Virus record (IMG/VR): IMGVR_UViG_3300037883_000041
DNA from: a virus
Lineage: Duplodnaviria; Heunggongvirae; Uroviricota; Caudoviricetes
Direction: 5' to 3' (one strand)
DNA length: 23,417 nucleotides
Under the pieces are notes generated by a model that saw only the letters and a program-made list of their open reading frames with translations, searched no databases and was not told where the DNA came from. This document shows positions 8,383-16,518 of this stretch, piece by piece (within the stretch, counting starts at the first letter, position 1; each line of letters opens with the position of its first letter). The translations under genes and the position numbers were made by a program.

Positions 8383-8910
8383 TTAGCTGTTCGGGACGTA
8401 CGTGAGACCCGTCAGCGTCGTGGTCGTGATGACCGTCGAGAGCTGGATGTCGTTGGACTTGACCGTGAGCGACATCACGCCCTGGTAGACCAGCGAATCC
8501 GCCGTAGCAGCGATCTGGAACGGGTGTTCTTCGTTCGGCGTGCCGGTGAAAGTCGGCAGCGGACCGTCCGTGTAGTCGTCGCTCGTCAGGTTGATCGCAT
8601 ACGCAGTGTTCACTTCCGGCACGAGGTCGGAGATGTTCACGGCGTTGCCGAGCGAGTACACGGTGTTACGCGCGCCAGGAATCGTTGCGAGATTCACGCG
8701 GTTGTAACCCACGACCACCGAACCGGCGTAGCCCGAACCGGCCTGTGCAGTCACGCTCGTCGACGTGTTCGGATTCGGGTTCGTACCCGTTGCCGCCACC
8801 GGCAGACCGAATTGAATCAGAGCGAGCGTGAGCGAACTGGCATTGTCGTGGTTGATCTGATCCAGAAGGATCTGATTTGGAGCTTTGGTAAAATCAAGTT
8901 GCCATGCCAT
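8383..8910 (-). CDS. Array paralog, N-module only (175 aa), probably a high-copy virion protein
   Basis: Motifs YAGSVVVGYNRVNL, VNTAYAINL..DD, DSLVYQG; ends LTGLTY. Strongly C/G-ending codons; flanked by a promoter-like motif and a terminator. Confidence 0.85.
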   Translation of the reverse strand: MAWQLDFTKAPNQILLDQINHDNASSLTLALIQFGLPVAATGTNPNPNTSTSVTAQAGSGYAGSVVVGYNRVNLATIPGARNTVYSLGNAVNISDLVPEVNTAYAINLTSDDYTDGPLPTFTGTPNEEHPFQIAATADSLVYQGVMSLTVKSNDIQLSTVITTTTLTGLTYVPNS

Positions 8911-8957
8911 TTGAGATACCTTCCAGATGGTTGAAAATGGTAACGAAGTTAGATTCG

Positions 8958-8965
8958 CATAAGAT
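8958..8965 (-). promoter_or_regulatory. Candidate phage late promoter (ATCTTATG)
   Basis: The same octamer is at 9552-9559 and a variant at 15073-15080, all intergenic and upstream of structural genes. phiKZ late promoters have a TATG core. Confidence 0.5.
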
Positions 8966-8983
8966 GCGGCAATTTTTTACTGC

Positions 8984-9523
8984 TCACACACTCATCTGGA
9001 CGTAGACTAAACCAGACAATTGCGTGTTCACGATCACCTCGCTCAAGGGAATATCCTCGCCAGGTAACCGGACCTGAAAGTCGTATGTAGAGTCAATCCA
9101 AGCAAGGGAAATGGACCCTAACACGTGCAGTGTGTAAGTCTCTTGTTCCTCGCTATAGGTCGCGTCTTCCACCTCTTCTGGAACTAGGTCGAGCCCCAGT
9201 GCTGCGTTAATCGCAGCGAGTGATCCGTGAATCGAGAACGGCAACGAATCGATCACAACCTGCTTGACAAAACCTGCGGGGAGCAGTTCCAGTACACTGA
9301 TCGATAGACGCGTGTAGTGGATGTCCAGTGCTTCGGTGTAGTGCGTACCAGACACGGGAGCAATCGTCACCACGGAGTTGCGGCCCTGATTATCCGTGTA
9401 GTCCCTGGGTAGGCCATACATGAAATCAACGCCTTCCTGCACCGGAGTGTCAGGATTCTTTGCGTTGATCAAGGCCGTCAAGCGATCGTTACTCAATCCA
9501 CCGTAAGGCTTTGGAAGTGCCAT
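8984..9523 (-). CDS. Array paralog, N-module only (179 aa)
   Basis: Motifs LINAKNP, HYTEALDIHYTRLSI, INAALGLDL..EE; ends LSGLVY. Confidence 0.82.
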   Translation of the reverse strand: MALPKPYGGLSNDRLTALINAKNPDTPVQEGVDFMYGLPRDYTDNQGRNSVVTIAPVSGTHYTEALDIHYTRLSISVLELLPAGFVKQVVIDSLPFSIHGSLAAINAALGLDLVPEEVEDATYSEEQETYTLHVLGSISLAWIDSTYDFQVRLPGEDIPLSEVIVNTQLSGLVYVQMSV

Positions 9524-9551
9524 GGCGCGTGTCCAGTGGGTGAATATTAAT

Positions 9552-9559
9552 CATAAGAT
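9552..9559 (-). promoter_or_regulatory. Candidate phage late promoter (ATCTTATG)
   Basis: Intergenic, about 28 nt upstream of ATG 9523; identical to 8958-8965. Confidence 0.5.
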
Positions 9560-9591
9560 TGGCGTAAACATTTACGGGCGGCTACCAGGGA

Positions 9592-9619
9592 CATAGGAGA
9601 GGAGCCGAAGCCCCTCTCC
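9592..9619 (-). terminator. UUCG hairpin followed by TATG instead of a U tract
   Basis: GGAGAGGGGC-TTCG-GCTCCTCTCC-TATG directly after the stop at 9623. Confidence 0.7.
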
Positions 9620-9622
9620 CTG

Positions 9623-9895
9623 TCAGTTCGCTAGGATGCGATACCCTTGATAACCCCGATCACGATCGAAGCAGTGAAAAGGCGGACAGTATTCGATCAC
9701 ACCTCCTCTGCGCAAGTCGTCTTTCAACAACTTGGCGAAATCCTCCACCGTCACCAATGGCATTGGCTTGGGTAGATAAGGAGCGATAAACGAAATAGTT
9801 CCTGCAGTCGCAGCAACCAGTACGTAGGCGATTACGCCCATCAGTAACGCGCGGCCTACCTTCTGCCGCCATCCTTCCGTACCAGCCGTAGGCAT
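9623..9895 (-). CDS. Small predicted single-pass membrane protein (90 aa)
   Basis: A basic stretch (RQKVGR) is followed by hydrophobic ALLMGVIAYVLVAATAGTISFIAPYL. The gene fits the gap 10 nt after the upstream stop and has a GGGG RBS. Confidence 0.65.
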   Translation of the reverse strand: MPTAGTEGWRQKVGRALLMGVIAYVLVAATAGTISFIAPYLPKPMPLVTVEDFAKLLKDDLRRGGVIEYCPPFHCFDRDRGYQGYRILAN

Positions 9896-9905
9896 AGCTT
9901 TCCCC

Positions 9906-11291
9906 TTAACTTGACGAGCTCGTTGCGCTCTGGTTCTGCCCCTGAAGTTGACTTTGTGTGAAGACGGAGAGCGCGGTACGCGTGATGTGGCGAGCCACGG
10001 TCAAACCGGGGGCTGCCATTTGCACCGTATCGTGCTTTTTCAAGATGACACCTTGTTTGCGTTGGATCGCATCATCCGACAGATACAAGATGTTACACAA
10101 CATCCCCGGCACGATGAGTGAGGGCTCAGAGTGTTCCCACACCAGTCCCATCACGCCACCGTTACGTGCGGCCAGTGCTGAATACTCCAGGTATGGATTG
10201 GCGGTCAACCGATTTGGAGAAACAGGCACATTGTTCAAACCGTTGGGTCGGGGCACGGAGACGAATTCACTGTTCGAGGCACCGCGAGCAGCCAGTGTCT
10301 TGTTGTCCTTCGTAGTCGTGAAACCTTCCATGATCTTCGTAGCATCGGCAAAGCGCAGACCGTTACCAAACGTGAGCTGTCGGCTATCGGAACTGTCTTT
10401 GGTCTTCACTTGACCCGTGGCGAGAATCACCAGGCTCGAGCCTTCAGACAGATAGGTTCGATCCATGTTCGGATACTTCGATTCCGGAATGATGATAATC
10501 GTACAGGTCGAGTCAGCTTCATTAAAGCGGGTCGGATCGTAACAGGGGTAGATGTGCCACATTCCGTTTTGCAGATAGTAACCCATCCCGGCCCCGTACA
10601 CACCGCCACACTTCTCGTGAATGTACTTGGGCACACTCACGAGTTTGGTCCCCTGCGGAATGACGATGTGGTCTCGCACCGTCTTATTATCCGCTGGCAC
10701 CATTTGCACACCCTGGACCGCCTGTTGGTTGTTGATGACGATGTCAGACGACTGTTGGGTCAGAATGCCTTTGATGGCATCCTCCGCGGTCATCGCCCGT
10801 AGGATATTCCCGTAGCTCTTCGTGCGCACTTGCTCAAGCGCCTTATCCACCAGCTGGAAATCCACTTCCATCAACGACATGCGATCCATGTCATCTTCCG
10901 ACACCACATTCCGGCCATTCCCAGCAATGGTCAGATCGCCCTTGTCCACCAAGTGCGCGGTGAAGCGCTCCTGTTGTAACTTCTGGGCCGTGTTATCACT
11001 GTCACCCGTTTCCATCAGCGGTTGCTTGATGATCGTGATGTCAATGTTGGTCTGGTTCGGATAGATCTGGTACGCGTACTTACCGGCTGGGACCAGCAGG
11101 CGCACCATGATCTCGTCACTGTAGTTCGACTCGTAGTCGCCATTGACGTCGTACTGCACGAGCTTCAGCGGGGTGAGATCGACATTGGTTTCATTCAGGT
11201 GGATGATCGCGGAGTACGCGAAGTGCACCGGATTGGGACTGGCAGTCACCGCCAGCACTTCTTGATACAGTCCGGATTGTTCGAGTTCCAT
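9906..11291 (-). CDS. Virion structural protein, probable baseplate hub (phiKZ gp101-like; T4 gp27/VgrG-type fold)
   Basis: 461 aa. Motifs DYESNYSDEI, HIVIPQGT, GGVYGAGMGYY.Q...W.IYP.YD, W..S.P.LI.PGM are typical of this conserved phiKZ-like protein. The orthologue number is from synteny and recall. Confidence 0.65.
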   Translation of the reverse strand: MELEQSGLYQEVLAVTASPNPVHFAYSAIIHLNETNVDLTPLKLVQYDVNGDYESNYSDEIMVRLLVPAGKYAYQIYPNQTNIDITIIKQPLMETGDSDNTAQKLQQERFTAHLVDKGDLTIAGNGRNVVSEDDMDRMSLMEVDFQLVDKALEQVRTKSYGNILRAMTAEDAIKGILTQQSSDIVINNQQAVQGVQMVPADNKTVRDHIVIPQGTKLVSVPKYIHEKCGGVYGAGMGYYLQNGMWHIYPCYDPTRFNEADSTCTIIIIPESKYPNMDRTYLSEGSSLVILATGQVKTKDSSDSRQLTFGNGLRFADATKIMEGFTTTKDNKTLAARGASNSEFVSVPRPNGLNNVPVSPNRLTANPYLEYSALAARNGGVMGLVWEHSEPSLIVPGMLCNILYLSDDAIQRKQGVILKKHDTVQMAAPGLTVARHITRTALSVFTQSQLQGQNQSATSSSS

Positions 11292-11300
11292 GATCCTTCC

Positions 11301-12038
11301 TTATTTCCACTTAGCGGCAAAGCCCGGAATCGACTGACGACTCCCGCCGGGGTTCAGGCTCTGGTTCTCTGGCGCGCTGCCAGGACTCAGACCGATCTGC
11401 CCAGGTCCCGGTGTTGCGGGTTTGGCCAGAAGCCCACGGTTAAGCGACCCGGATTGCAAACGCTGAGCAAAGACACTACTCATCCCTTCACGATCCGGAT
11501 ACTGCTCGAGCAACTTCTCTTCATCGGTGCGAGTATCAAGCGCCGGAGCCACTGCCTTCGGTTGGAAGAGCTGACTGCGGCTGACCTTCAGCACGCTACC
11601 AAGACGACGATGCAGCACGTCCTCGACGAACTCCTTGGTGAACTGGTACTTGGCGTGCGCGTACACCACGTTGGCGAACTCGTCCAGATCCACCAGATCC
11701 TGCAACGGCGCATCGCCTACGTTCAGGCTATGGCCGAGGTGATTCTTCCACCCTTGCAAGTGATTGCTGATGTACTCGTAGATGAGCTTGGTGTCCGCAC
11801 GATTCTTCACGTACACCTGCACGCCATTTTTCCAGAACTCCACCATCCGCTCGATGGTGATCATCCGGTCCACCAGTTCATTGGCAGTCTGTTGATCGCG
11901 ATCCGGGTCCCCACTCATCGGGGTACCGAAATGCTTGATGTGGTCCACCGAACGAGACTGGTTAAACGGAACCCGACACCAGAACAGCTTTTCAAAGATG
12001 TAGTAGTCGGTCGAAAGTTGCTCTTGAACCGCGGGCAT
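11301..12038 (-). CDS. Conserved phiKZ-like hypothetical protein (gp100-like position)
   Basis: 245 aa with core TIERMVEFWKNG...IYEYISNHL..W...APLQDL..LDEFA and a low-complexity G/P/S C-tail. Confidence 0.6.
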   Translation of the reverse strand: MPAVQEQLSTDYYIFEKLFWCRVPFNQSRSVDHIKHFGTPMSGDPDRDQQTANELVDRMITIERMVEFWKNGVQVYVKNRADTKLIYEYISNHLQGWKNHLGHSLNVGDAPLQDLVDLDEFANVVYAHAKYQFTKEFVEDVLHRRLGSVLKVSRSQLFQPKAVAPALDTRTDEEKLLEQYPDREGMSSVFAQRLQSGSLNRGLLAKPATPGPGQIGLSPGSAPENQSLNPGGSRQSIPGFAAKWK

Positions 12039-12050
12039 GATAGTTCTCTC

Positions 12051-13421
12051 TTATACCGCCCGAATGACTGAGTTGATCAGCACCAGCACAACCGGCAGGT
12101 AGTAGAAGCGCTCCAGACCACCCCAGGCATGGTACGTATCGCACAGACGCAACAGCGCCTTACGATTGATCGCCTTGCCTTCGATGAAGTCATGGGTGAG
12201 CAGCTCCAGCTGACTCTGGCCATTCGGGTAGTTGTTGTAAAAGGCTTCGGAGAAGACGTAGTAGTCGTCGCACAGCACCGGATTGATAAGCGGCGCTTTG
12301 CTAAACGTGTCCAGGCCTTCTTCGACACTTGGATCGATGAGATCTTGCAGCGTACCGCGCCGTGACGGCACAGGTGTCAGCGCAATCGTCCCATCAGCAG
12401 TCTTTACAGCGGGCAAACAACTGAAGTCAACCGTGAGTTCCGGATCGATCGGATAAACCACTCGACGAATGCCCGAGTAGTGAATCCCTTCGAGCATTGC
12501 ATTGCGCGTGAAGAGCATCGCGGGCACCAGACCCGCACGCTTGTTCACGAACTTCATCAGGTGATCGTCCCGATTGACCAGTGCGTCCCAGATGGTGATC
12601 GATTGCATCACATCATCATCGTCACAGTTCAGGATGCGGTTCTCACGGATGAGATAGGTATCCCAGGTCGTGAAGAACTTCATCACCGCCTTCATGAGGA
12701 AGTGGTCGTAAGTTGGTTCCGGCTGACCCGGCAGGACGAGCGTCTTGTACTCACTGGATGAGAACATCTTGAAGTACATCGCCACCATGTCCTTGTAGCG
12801 ACCACCCAACTCGTTCAGGTCGTGCCAGTCCTCTTCCTGAATCAGCGGGTTCTGACCGTGGATCAGGAAGTCACGCAAGAAGTACAAGTTCTGCACCGTC
12901 TTGCTGACGAGGTCGGCCATGCGTTCACGCGTCGCTTCATCGATCAGGACATACTCGATGTAGTAACAGGTGTCCTTGTAAATGGAGCGCTCTTCCGAGT
13001 GCGTCACCTGGAACACGCCAGCCCGACCATCCAGCATCTTCGCGACGAACATGTCACCGTTGTTCGGCACCACGAACGGATACATGTTCGCGTTACCCGT
13101 GACGAGCATGGTCTTTTGCTGATCGTCCTGCGTGCCCTTGAAGTCCTGCATGACCTTCAGTTCCAGATTCTGGATGCGCTTGTACTGCTGGTAAACGCCC
13201 TCCTTCTCCATGGACTGACCGGTGAGCTGATTGTCCTCGTCGATGACTTGCGAGAACCAATCCACCGTCATGCTCATGCCCTCGATATTCGTCAAGAGCG
13301 ATTGCTGCGGGATCAGCTTAGTGTCGACCACCACGCCGCGATACGCAGGCTTGGAGATCTGAATGGTGGCCGGTTTCGGTGTAACAATCGGCGACCCCGG
13401 TACTTCATTGAAAACAGGCAT
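12051..13421 (-). CDS. Virion structural protein (phiKZ gp99-like; possibly neck/adaptor)
   Basis: 456 aa. LLTNIEG...TVDWFSQ, Y..I..LELKV, PNNGDMF....DGRAG.F.VT, and C-terminal WGGLERFYYLP are typical of the family. The function is inferred. Confidence 0.6.
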   Translation of the reverse strand: MPVFNEVPGSPIVTPKPATIQISKPAYRGVVVDTKLIPQQSLLTNIEGMSMTVDWFSQVIDEDNQLTGQSMEKEGVYQQYKRIQNLELKVMQDFKGTQDDQQKTMLVTGNANMYPFVVPNNGDMFVAKMLDGRAGVFQVTHSEERSIYKDTCYYIEYVLIDEATRERMADLVSKTVQNLYFLRDFLIHGQNPLIQEEDWHDLNELGGRYKDMVAMYFKMFSSSEYKTLVLPGQPEPTYDHFLMKAVMKFFTTWDTYLIRENRILNCDDDDVMQSITIWDALVNRDDHLMKFVNKRAGLVPAMLFTRNAMLEGIHYSGIRRVVYPIDPELTVDFSCLPAVKTADGTIALTPVPSRRGTLQDLIDPSVEEGLDTFSKAPLINPVLCDDYYVFSEAFYNNYPNGQSQLELLTHDFIEGKAINRKALLRLCDTYHAWGGLERFYYLPVVLVLINSVIRAV

Positions 13422-13430
13422 AATCCTTCC

Positions 13431-15050
13431 TTAACAGGTGCAAGGGTCCGAACCATCGGCGGGTACCAGACCCGGCGGATAAGTCGTCGCCTTGTTCGGC
13501 ACGTTGCTTTTCGCGTTGTTCGCCTGAATGAAAAGAGTCTGAACCGTATAACCCACAGGCGAACCAGCAGGCTTATACGGCACGCCATTGATCGCGTCGA
13601 TCGCCTTGTTCAGGCATTCACGCGTGACCATCGTGTCGTTCACAATACACGGCAAGAGATCACGACCCTTCAGTGTCGGGTCCAGTGCATCGAGCAACTT
13701 GATCAGACACTGCGCACACTGACGCAACCGGTCCAGGGCTTCCACCGGCAACAGCCGCAGGTTCTTCACCAGACTGATCCGGACGTGATAGGTCTGTCGC
13801 AGATCCATATCGAACGTCGTCGACACATCCAGGTTCGCATCGATCGTGAGCTTGTCCGGGGTCTGCAGCTTGGTCCCACGATACAGACTCACGTGGAAGA
13901 TCGACTGCATCGGGGTGGTCATGTACGGCCATTCCCGTTCCAGGCAACAACGCATGTCCGGGTCCAGCAACAGATCACCGCCCAGGTTGTCCCCCAGATT
14001 AAACAGGGCACGAGGATTCGCCGGATCGATCTGGATCAACAGTGACACGACTCGCAAGGTCTCCGGCACCACACTACCCGGAATGAACTCATCGTAGCTC
14101 GGTACCTGATAGCCCTGACGACGCTGCATGTAGTACATCGGACCACCGGTCTCGAAGTAGGCGAACATCTTGGCCGACAACGCGTACTTCCGCAACGACT
14201 GTTCGATCTGATACGCAGGCTGCACTGGCGGCTCGGCGTGGTACTTGATCATCTGGTTATGGATGACCAGCGGATAGAACATCGCGCAGGCATTGGGCTT
14301 ATCGTACTTGAACTTGTACGCAAAGCTGATCGTCCAGGTCGAACCATCATCTTCCTTGCTGCCTTCTTCCGGCACCCCTTCCCAGTCAAACCAACCGAGC
14401 ACGCGGATCTGCGACTCGGCAATCCCCCAGCGCCCGTTGTTACCTGCCTGGTTCGTCAAGAACCGAGCCCGGCTCGACACATGCTGCTTGAAGTACGTGT
14501 CGAAGTCCTGACCATACCCCGCCACGTTTTCACGCAGTCGGTGAATCTCACGCATGATCACGAAGAACTCTTCGGGGATCAGGTAGTGGTAGTTGATCTG
14601 GTGGATGAACTGCTCACGGTTCATGGCCGTGCGGTTCTTCACGTCGTCACGCCAGCGGATCGCTTGCTGCTTGCTCCGCGCCCGGTACTTGAAGTTCATC
14701 GTCACATCGCACGAACCATACGCGGGTTTGATAATCGCCCCCAGATGCGGGTCATGCCAGATCGACGGATTCTCGGGACGAAAGATCGCAGTCGAAAGAA
14801 TGCGCTCTTCCTGATACTGTTCAGTCACTTCAAGGGTGACCTGAGACGTAAACGGCAGCTTGGTGGCTTCGGGATTACTCGAGGTAATCGACGAACCATT
14901 TTGCTGGCCCTTATCAATGTCACCCGGATAGAAGATACGAATATCCTTGGGCAACGCTGTACGCTGCATGATGTCACGCGCAATGTCGAAGACCACTGGT
15001 CGCGTCACATTCTCGTAGGTCTCGTGCAGATCGACCAATACTTTCGGCAT
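13431..15050 (-). CDS. Virion structural protein (phiKZ gp98-like; possibly neck/tail terminator)
   Basis: 539 aa. TRPVV..I, IKPAY, HQINYHYLIP, EIHRLRENVAGYG, W...F.Y.F.YDKP, YPLVIHNQ, P.YDEF.P. Assignment is by synteny. Confidence 0.6.
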   Translation of the reverse strand: MPKVLVDLHETYENVTRPVVFDIARDIMQRTALPKDIRIFYPGDIDKGQQNGSSITSSNPEATKLPFTSQVTLEVTEQYQEERILSTAIFRPENPSIWHDPHLGAIIKPAYGSCDVTMNFKYRARSKQQAIRWRDDVKNRTAMNREQFIHQINYHYLIPEEFFVIMREIHRLRENVAGYGQDFDTYFKQHVSSRARFLTNQAGNNGRWGIAESQIRVLGWFDWEGVPEEGSKEDDGSTWTISFAYKFKYDKPNACAMFYPLVIHNQMIKYHAEPPVQPAYQIEQSLRKYALSAKMFAYFETGGPMYYMQRRQGYQVPSYDEFIPGSVVPETLRVVSLLIQIDPANPRALFNLGDNLGGDLLLDPDMRCCLEREWPYMTTPMQSIFHVSLYRGTKLQTPDKLTIDANLDVSTTFDMDLRQTYHVRISLVKNLRLLPVEALDRLRQCAQCLIKLLDALDPTLKGRDLLPCIVNDTMVTRECLNKAIDAINGVPYKPAGSPVGYTVQTLFIQANNAKSNVPNKATTYPPGLVPADGSDPCTC

Positions 15051-15072
15051 GGGTGCCTCACTGAATTTTCAT

Positions 15073-15080
15073 CATAGGAT
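15073..15080 (-). promoter_or_regulatory. Candidate phage late promoter (ATCCTATG)
   Basis: One-mismatch variant of the ATCTTATG motif, about 22 nt upstream of ATG 15050. Confidence 0.45.
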
Positions 15081-15092
15081 CGGCCTCAAGGG

Positions 15093-15120
15093 CATAGGAG
15101 GAGACCCGAAGGCCTCCTCC
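15093..15120 (-). terminator. UUCG hairpin followed by TATG
   Basis: GGAGGAGGCC-TTCG-GGTCTCCTCC-TATG after the stop at 15139; same design as 9592-9619. Confidence 0.7.
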
Positions 15121-15138
15121 CAGTGCGCTTACAACCCG

Positions 15139-16509
15139 TTAAGCAGGCTGCTGCTTACTTTGTTGCATTTCCTGCATGATCTTCTGTTCTTCACCCTTGT
15201 CCTTCACTTCGTAGAGACCCACGTAGTTCTGGACCAGCATGAGCAGGGCACGCACGACGCCGATCACCTTCGTGTAGAAAGCGACCGCCGGTTGCTGCAC
15301 CCAACGTGCGAACGACGGGTTGAAGTTCAGCATCATCTTGATCTCAGCGATCAGAGCAGGACTGGCCGATTCCGCTTCCTTCGACAACGCCTTCAGGGCT
15401 TCTTCCGAGGAGACTTCGATCTCCTTAGCCGACTGACGCAACTTCTTCATTGCACCGCCCGACTTGTTAAAGCGTGCCACGGTCTGGATCATGTCCGAGG
15501 CATCCTTCAGGAGCTTCTCGTACACTTGCGGACCGTTGTGCTTGAAGATGATGTCGTCATCACGCGGATCGTCACCGGCTTCAACAGCCAGACCCGTATT
15601 GCGCAGACGATCGAGTTCCAGCAGCGGGTCAGCTGATGCGCCATCGAACGTGGCGAACTTGAAGTACACGCAGCCGAGCAGCTCGTGGCTGGAGCGCACC
15701 TTGAAGTCGCCTTCCTGCGCCGAGAACGGCAGCTGGAACGGCAGGCTCAGCGGCTGGTTCGCTTCCTTGATGACAGCAGCCAGCTTGCTCAGCGTCGCGT
15801 CGGTGTTGTCGCCCGTCCAGTTGTCGATCGTATCGGCGATGTTCTTGCCGAGCTTCGAAACACGTTCCGGATTGGCTACGTACACCATGTCGACGGCTTT
15901 GCTGAACTTGTCGAACTCGCTCGCGAACTCAGCAGCACTACGCTGAATACGCAGACCGTTGCACAGATAGGTGAGCCCCGTGTGGAGTTCCATCTGCGGC
16001 GTCTGACCGTAACGCAATTCGCCGGTACGGTTCTTCAACTGACGCAGAGCCAGTTGCAGGCGCGCGTAGATCGAGGGCAGCACGACGTGAACTTTCAGGA
16101 AGTTCTCGATGTGGTCCCAGATCTTCTTCATGAACGCCTTGATGGTCGCCCACAGACGTTGCGCTGAATCGACCCAGCCTTCGGTCGCGATCTCTTGACC
16201 CACAGCCAGCGGAGGACCCTTGAGCAGGTTCTCCGGCGAGATACCCGTACCAGCCACAGCCATCTGCGCGCAGTTGTCGATCAGGTCGAGCTCCATCGCA
16301 GTGGGTTGCTCGATGTTATCGGCGATGACAGCCAGGTCTTCCAACGCTTGCTTCAGGTCCACCAGGCGTTCGACTTCGGAGAGACGATCGTCACAGGCCT
16401 GAGCCTCTTCGTTCGCGTCCCCGACGATGATCAGTTCTTCTTCGAGCGATACGCGCTTGATCGAGCGCGCATCTTCCGACGGGGGAGTCGGAGCAAAATA
16501 TTTACGCAT
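15139..16509 (-). CDS. Inner head protein, phiKZ internal-protein paralog family (gp93/95/97/162-type)
   Basis: Acidic propeptide with VSLEE, ALED and IATE|G (E110), then the amphipathic helix LWATIKAFMKKIWDHIENF. It shares FN..FARW.Q.PA..FY with the neighbouring paralog. Confidence 0.75.
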   Translation of the reverse strand: MRKYFAPTPPSEDARSIKRVSLEEELIIVGDANEEAQACDDRLSEVERLVDLKQALEDLAVIADNIEQPTAMELDLIDNCAQMAVAGTGISPENLLKGPPLAVGQEIATEGWVDSAQRLWATIKAFMKKIWDHIENFLKVHVVLPSIYARLQLALRQLKNRTGELRYGQTPQMELHTGLTYLCNGLRIQRSAAEFASEFDKFSKAVDMVYVANPERVSKLGKNIADTIDNWTGDNTDATLSKLAAVIKEANQPLSLPFQLPFSAQEGDFKVRSSHELLGCVYFKFATFDGASADPLLELDRLRNTGLAVEAGDDPRDDDIIFKHNGPQVYEKLLKDASDMIQTVARFNKSGGAMKKLRQSAKEIEVSSEEALKALSKEAESASPALIAEIKMMLNFNPSFARWVQQPAVAFYTKVIGVVRALLMLVQNYVGLYEVKDKGEEQKIMQEMQQSKQQPA

Positions 16510-16518
16510 GGCTTTCCC

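Noticed and set aside
9906-11291. Bacterial T6SS / extracellular contractile injection system interpretation
   Set aside because: The context has phiKZ-like head proteins with protease sites and no bacterial secretion genes, so a phage virion module is the simpler explanation.
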